Program-made: the position numbers and the translations under genes
Notes under the pieces: model-generated
The model's database searches: none
What the model saw: the letters and a program-made list of their open reading frames with translations, nothing else
Told to the model about the DNA's origin: nothing
Shown here: piece by piece, positions 45,881 to 50,377 of the stretch
Layout: the number at the start of each line of letters is the position of its first letter
Position numbering within the stretch: position 1 is the first letter of the stretch
Origin: a virus
Lineage: Duplodnaviria > Caudoviricetes
Direction: 5' to 3' (one strand)
IMG/VR virus record: IMGVR_UViG_3300025518_000025
Coordinates: 1-50,377 of that record
DNA length: 50,377 nucleotides

Positions 45881-47893
45881 TTATGCTACTCTTAATTTCT
45901 TATCAGGTTTTGAAACAATCAAATTCACTATTTGCGATTTACATTCAATAATATCTACAATGCTCTCGCGATTGTCTATAAATATTGGAGCTGTAATTTT
46001 GTAGTATTCGCAAAGGGTATTGATGATATCTAATCCTGCGTTTATTTTGGATGCTGTGTTGGCATCAGAAAAAGGAACACCATCAATTAACGTATGGCAA
46101 CATTCAACCTCAGCACCATTGATTTGTGTTTCAAATAATTTGAATTTTACAAAGTTGAATTTCTCGTTGATTAAGGATTCTAAGGTGTCAATTTTCTTTT
46201 TGATGAACAATTCAATTGTGTATTGCTCTTTTTCTAAATCAGAGATTTGTTGAGCCAAGGTAGTTTCTTGATTTTGTAACTCTTCTATACGTTTGATGGA
46301 AGCTTTAATTTGATCTTCAATTGCCAAACCTCTATTAATTTCAGCTATTTCGCTTTCAATACTTGCTTTAGCAGCTTTTAAATCATCTACATTGATGGTT
46401 TCTTGTTGTTGTAAAGCTGTTTCCTTCTCTGAAAGCTCGGTTTTAAGCTTTTTATAATCGCTATTTTTAGCCAATTCATTTGCAACTAAAACAGTTTCAT
46501 CTTGAGGTTCACTGCTTTTTGGGGCATTTTCTAAATGCTTAATTTTCTCCTCAATGTTTAGAATGTCAAGCAAAATAGTTTTTACGCTAGTATTGCCGTT
46601 TTCGATTCTAATTTCAAGGCTATTAATTTCATTTTCTACAGCTGATTTTTGCTCTGTTAATGATTTACCTTCTGCACTAATTTTAGAAAGGTTTTCATTT
46701 TTTGTTTTAATGAAATTGGCTTTTAACTCCTCTTTTTTAGCTTCTACATCGGAAGCTTCAAAATCTCTTTTACATGTTGGGCATGCAAAGTTTGCCTCAT
46801 CAAAATTGAGTTCTTTTTCATTTTCAAGACCCCATTCCGTTCTTTTATAAGCAATGCCGGTTGTGAAATTATTGAGCTGCTCATTTAAACCTTTTAATTT
46901 TAAACCTAAGGTGGTTAATCCATTTTCATAGGTTTGCAACTCAGCTTTTTTAGCAGATAATTCATTGTTTAAATCATTTACACCAGAGGTTTCAGACTTC
47001 ATTGATCTACTTACTGCTTGCTTAGTTTCAAACTCGATGTTTTGAAGCTTTGATTTTAGTTCAAACACTTCATTAGCAACGGCATTTCTTTTGCTTAGAA
47101 TAGCATCAAATGCTTTTGTTTTATCATCAATTTGCGCCTGTACATCGTTTAAAGAGTTTATTAAAACTTCTTTTTCTTTTTTCAATGCATCAAAATCTAA
47201 AGCTTCAGGAGTATTTCTAGTAACTTCATCTACTCTGGTAGGAATTGATTTAATAGCATCGTTTAATAATTTGCGTTGCGCTGCTAATTGTTTCTTATAC
47301 TCATCTAAACTTTTGTTAGTTAGTTTAGCCATTAACTCGGTAAACATTTGGTCGTTTCCTGCTATTTCTGCATCGCTTACATTCCCAACTAATTCAATTA
47401 AAGCACTTCTTTTATCCTGCCATTTCAATGAATTAAATGCCAATGGATTGGTAATCATTTTAAAAACTGATTCATCTAAAATGCTTGCTATTTTCTCATG
47501 GAACTCTTTTTGTTGTTTTGGCACCTCATTCCAGAAATATTCGGTTACATTCCCGGAGAATTCAGCATCTAACGAACCTCTTTTCTTAACCCAATTTTCT
47601 TTTAGAATTCTTCTAATAACAATTTCCTCGCCTTTTACATCAATAACAGCAGAAACCTCGTGTTCTATTTGAGGAATCACCTTATTATCTTTATCGAGTG
47701 TTTTAATTTCGAAGTCTTTTCTGTCGGTACTGTCTTTACCAAAAAGTAACCAGGTAAATCCGTCAAAAATTGTTGTCTTTCCAATACCATTCTCACCAAA
47801 AATATTAGTAACATGGTTAAAATTGATTGTTAGATTTCTTATCCCTTTAAAGTTTTTAAGGGTAATTTGTTTAATGGCAATTGAATTTTCCAT
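45881..47893 (-). CDS. SbcC/Rad50-like ATPase with coiled coil and zinc hook
   Basis: LKNFKG, GENGIGKTT, CPTC and PIFIDNRE. Confidence 0.88.
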   Translation of the reverse strand: MENSIAIKQITLKNFKGIRNLTINFNHVTNIFGENGIGKTTIFDGFTWLLFGKDSTDRKDFEIKTLDKDNKVIPQIEHEVSAVIDVKGEEIVIRRILKENWVKKRGSLDAEFSGNVTEYFWNEVPKQQKEFHEKIASILDESVFKMITNPLAFNSLKWQDKRSALIELVGNVSDAEIAGNDQMFTELMAKLTNKSLDEYKKQLAAQRKLLNDAIKSIPTRVDEVTRNTPEALDFDALKKEKEVLINSLNDVQAQIDDKTKAFDAILSKRNAVANEVFELKSKLQNIEFETKQAVSRSMKSETSGVNDLNNELSAKKAELQTYENGLTTLGLKLKGLNEQLNNFTTGIAYKRTEWGLENEKELNFDEANFACPTCKRDFEASDVEAKKEELKANFIKTKNENLSKISAEGKSLTEQKSAVENEINSLEIRIENGNTSVKTILLDILNIEEKIKHLENAPKSSEPQDETVLVANELAKNSDYKKLKTELSEKETALQQQETINVDDLKAAKASIESEIAEINRGLAIEDQIKASIKRIEELQNQETTLAQQISDLEKEQYTIELFIKKKIDTLESLINEKFNFVKFKLFETQINGAEVECCHTLIDGVPFSDANTASKINAGLDIINTLCEYYKITAPIFIDNRESIVDIIECKSQIVNLIVSKPDKKLRVA

Positions 47894-47934
47894 ATCTTTG
47901 AATTGTAATTAATAATTAAACTTCTGTTTAGTTT

Positions 47935-47960
47935 CCTACTGTTTCAGCAGTAGGTTTTTT
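47935..47960 (+). terminator. Hairpin with a plus-strand U-tract
   Basis: CCTACTG-TTTCAG-CAGTAGG-TTTTTT. Confidence 0.5.
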
Positions 47961-48135
47961 ATTTTACAAGTAGTTTTATGAGATAATTTCGAGCTTCATC
48001 ATCAGTAACTAATTGTTTTCTTTTTTTATGAATTTTTTGCTTACCCTGCAAATCCTTTTGAAGCCTGTCAAAAAGCTTAATTTGCTCTTCTATGGAAAGC
48101 ACTTTTACAATTGGATATACAGTGTCGGCAATCAT
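47959..48135 (-). CDS. Small protein, 58 aa (not in the ORF track)
   Basis: Hand translation MIADTVYPIVKVLSIEEQIKLFDRLQKDLQGKQKIHKKRKQLVTDDEARNYLIKLLVK; TAATG-coupled. Confidence 0.65.
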   Translation of the reverse strand: MIADTVYPIVKVLSIEEQIKLFDRLQKDLQGKQKIHKKRKQLVTDDEARNYLIKLLVK

Positions 48136-48407
48136 TATTCTTGCTCTTGAAGCATTTGTTTTAATTCTGATTTAGCTTTTTCGAAATAGATCAAAGCATC
48201 TTCTGTTTTCTCAAATGATTTTGAGATCATCTTAGCAACCACTTCCTTATTTTCTTCTGTAATTGACTGTGTGCGATAAAAGATATTTCTAACTGTTGAG
48301 TAACTCACATTAACTTTAGTTGAGATATCAATCAAATCATTGGTGGTTAAGAGTCTGTGAAATATTGATTTCTGCTCTTCTGTAATTGGGTTTCCTACTA
48401 TTACCAT
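48135..48407 (-). CDS. Cro-like HTH protein
   Basis: DLIDISTKVNVSYSTVRNIF HTH pattern. Confidence 0.6.
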   Translation of the reverse strand: MVIVGNPITEEQKSIFHRLLTTNDLIDISTKVNVSYSTVRNIFYRTQSITEENKEVVAKMISKSFEKTEDALIYFEKAKSELKQMLQEQE

Positions 48408-48457
48408 TTTTTTAATTTTAATTATTTAACTTTTTTAATTGATCTAGATTTATTGGT

Positions 48458-48688
48458 TTATCTGTTAAAGATGTTTTTCAAGGCCTTTCTTACATAATAG
48501 CCAAATACAAAGGCGGCTAAATAAATAGATAAAGTAACTAGCAATGCTATTGCATGACTTACACCCTCATTAACTAATAACCAAATGGCAGCTATCATTG
48601 GGCTGGACATTCCTATAATGGCGACTGTGATACTATTTTTTTTCATGCTGCTACTTTTAGTTCTGCTTTTAATAATTGAATTTTCCAT
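48458..48688 (-). CDS. Two-TM small membrane protein (probable start MKKNS)
   Basis: Two hydrophobic helices. Confidence 0.6.
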   Translation of the reverse strand: MENSIIKSRTKSSSMKKNSITVAIIGMSSPMIAAIWLLVNEGVSHAIALLVTLSIYLAAFVFGYYVRKALKNIFNR

Positions 48689-48924
48689 TGTAGCTCCGCT
48701 TCGGTTAGAAGATTTCTAAGAGCTTCTTTATAATTTTTGATGTCGTCATATGACTTAGCAATAACTTCTCTTGTGAACCAGCTGTCAAAGTCAGCATTAA
48801 GGAATTCTCTAATTAAGTAGATGTACCTTTTTTTAAAAATTTCATCATACTCATCTTTAAATACAATTCTATACAGTTCGCCGCTTTGCAGTGTTCCCGT
48901 AAAATTTTTAATGTTTAATTTCAT
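48643..48924 (-). CDS. Hypothetical protein, first gene of the lytic early operon
   Basis: Divergent from the repressor. Confidence 0.6.
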   Translation of the reverse strand: MKLNIKNFTGTLQSGELYRIVFKDEYDEIFKKRYIYLIREFLNADFDSWFTREVIAKSYDDIKNYKEALRNLLTEAELQWKIQLLKAELKVAA

Positions 48925-49040
48925 TTTTTGATGGTTTAGTTATTACAGTTAATAAAATCGCACTTAAATCTTTTGATAATAATTTGTGATTTTATATTGT
49001 CATAATTTGTATATTTACTTTATATAAAAGTTTTACACTA

Positions 49041-49094
49041 CAAATATACAAGTAAAATACAAGTAAACAAATTATTTACAAGTTTTTTTCTTGT
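49041..49094. promoter_or_regulatory. Lysis/lysogeny switch region: minus-strand -7 element plus TACAAGT operator repeats
   Basis: TATATTTG (49041-49048, minus); TACAAGT at 49047, 49058 and 49077; ACAAG-N7-CTTGT at 49078-49094. Confidence 0.65.
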
Positions 49095-49114
49095 CAACTT
49101 TAATATTTCGGATC

Positions 49115-49831
49115 ATGTTTAAAGAAACACTTCGCAAATACATAGAAATCAAAAACATAACACAGTCTGAGCTAGCATCAATGGTTGGTGATACGCAACA
49201 AGCTGTGAGTGATTTCTTAAATAAGGAGGGAAATCCACAGAAAAAAACAAGAGAGAAGTACTTTGAAAAACTTGTAGGCTTTGAAAATTACTACAAACAA
49301 ATTACAAGTTTAAATCAAGTAAATGATCATGATATCGAATATGATATAATAGAAAACACTAATGGTAATAAGTTTGTTAAATTACCAGACGGAAGTTTAA
49401 TGATTAGCGTTCCGTTAATTCCATTTAATGCATACGCATCTTTTTTAGAGATTTATGATGACGAATACCAGGTTCATGAAGAATTTGAAAGTATCTATTT
49501 TACAGTTGATAAAATTGGACGAGGGAAATACCTTGCATTTACTGTTAAAAATGATAGCATGAATGGCGGAAGTTTAGATGACACTCCATCAGGAGCACAG
49601 GTATTAACACGTGAGCTAGGCAGACATCATTGGAAAGATGGCTTTAAACCCACACAATACGGCTGGATCATTATTTGTTTAACCGGTATATTTCATAAAG
49701 ATATTAAAGGACCAGATGAACATGGATTTATTACTTGCTCCTCTAGAAATAAATCTCCTGAGTTCCCAAATTTTAAACTCAATCTAAACGATGTACATTC
49801 CATTTACAAATTGATAAAAAGAACATTTTAA
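49115..49831 (+). CDS. CI-like repressor (XRE HTH plus S24-like domain)
   Basis: ITQSELASMVGDTQQAVSDF HTH; FTVKNDSM Ser motif and a downstream Lys; ATG at 49115 preferred over the TTG at 49091. Confidence 0.88.
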   Translation: MFKETLRKYIEIKNITQSELASMVGDTQQAVSDFLNKEGNPQKKTREKYFEKLVGFENYYKQITSLNQVNDHDIEYDIIENTNGNKFVKLPDGSLMISVPLIPFNAYASFLEIYDDEYQVHEEFESIYFTVDKIGRGKYLAFTVKNDSMNGGSLDDTPSGAQVLTRELGRHHWKDGFKPTQYGWIIICLTGIFHKDIKGPDEHGFITCSSRNKSPEFPNFKLNLNDVHSIYKLIKRTF

Positions 49832-49847
49832 CCAATACTTTTAAATT

Positions 49848-50168
49848 ATGAAAAAGACATTATATATCCTGGTCGCAATTATTTTTATTAGTTGCCAACC
49901 TAAAATGGACAATAGACAGTTGTTAATAAAGAATATTGAAATAAAAATAAAAGAGACAATGAATGATCCTAGTAGTTTTGAATTCATAAGCTTTAATTCT
50001 AATGTTGAAAAAGAATTAGAATATATAGAAGGAACTGGAGATAATTCATCTGATGTAAGATTTTATGACTTTAAGTTTAGAGGAAAAAACGCTTATGGAG
50101 CCTTAATAATTGATCAAGCATTAATTTTGACTGATAAGGAATTTTTGTCATTTAGAATTGTAGATTAA
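49848..50168 (+). CDS. Lipoprotein (lysogenic/immunity region)
   Basis: Lipobox FIS-C; NDPSSFEF and FRGKNAYGA. Confidence 0.75.
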   Translation: MKKTLYILVAIIFISCQPKMDNRQLLIKNIEIKIKETMNDPSSFEFISFNSNVEKELEYIEGTGDNSSDVRFYDFKFRGKNAYGALIIDQALILTDKEFLSFRIVD

Positions 50169-50179
50169 ACTATTGAATT

Positions 50180-50377
50180 ATGAAGAATATTTTATTAATT
50201 ACTTTTCTCTCTTTATTAAGTTGCAGTGATGATTCTTGCGAAGATGAAATACGTTCAATAAATCAAAAATATGAAAGTCAAGTAAAACAGATAAATGAAA
50301 GGCAACCAATTGATCAAATACAGCTCAACTTAGTTAATAATGCCTGGAGAAAAGAATTAGAAAATATTGATTGTTAA
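50180..50377 (+). CDS. Small lipoprotein
   Basis: Lipobox LLS-C followed by the acidic SDD. Confidence 0.7.
   Translation: MKNILLITFLSLLSCSDDSCEDEIRSINQKYESQVKQINERQPIDQIQLNLVNNAWRKELENIDC

Larger units (their letters stand above)
1..50377. mobile_element. Temperate siphovirus-like prophage/phage genome of a Bacteroidota host
   Basis: Integrase, repressor, replication, packaging, head, long tape measure and lysis modules are present; no sheath gene recognised. Confidence 0.93.

Noticed and set aside
1477-47672. Plus-strand ORFs overlapping minus-strand genes (e.g. 1477, 14809, 22471, 27352, 28272, 39197, 47091)
   Set aside because: Antisense shadows of well-supported genes, with Phe/Ser/Leu-biased translations
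1-50377. CRISPR array, IS element or attL/attR pair
   Set aside because: No regularly spaced repeats, transposase or terminal direct repeat were seen by eye; the window is trimmed to gene boundaries, so att sites may lie outside

Overview
The window is a near-complete, AT-rich temperate siphovirus-like (pro)phage. The TAnnTTTG promoter elements and the gene families point to a Bacteroidota host, probably Flavobacteriaceae. Order: tyrosine integrase (+, 1-1281), then a long minus-strand block, given here left to right: lysis, tail fibre/FN3 proteins, tail tip, tape measure, tail tube, capsid, portal, terminase, methyltransferases, nin-like small genes, replication (DUF4373-type initiator plus DnaC-like ATPase), SNF2 helicase, ParB, and an SSB/MBL/RecT/SbcC-like recombination module. 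A divergent CI-like repressor and two lipoproteins close the window. Four non-coding signals stand out. (1) A cassette between terS and terL holds a 110-nt tRNA-like RNA with alanine identity (G3-U70, A73), no real anticodon arm and a 44-nt D-loop insert, directly upstream of an acyl carrier protein gene. (2) Two copies of a ~33-bp palindrome (core ATTTAGAATnATTCTAAAT, Fur-box-like) sit at matched positions in the capsid and tail-fibre promoters. (3) A multi-hairpin RNA lies upstream of terS. (4) An integron attC-like site closes a small ORF. All protein calls come from motifs and synteny by eye; no searches were run.
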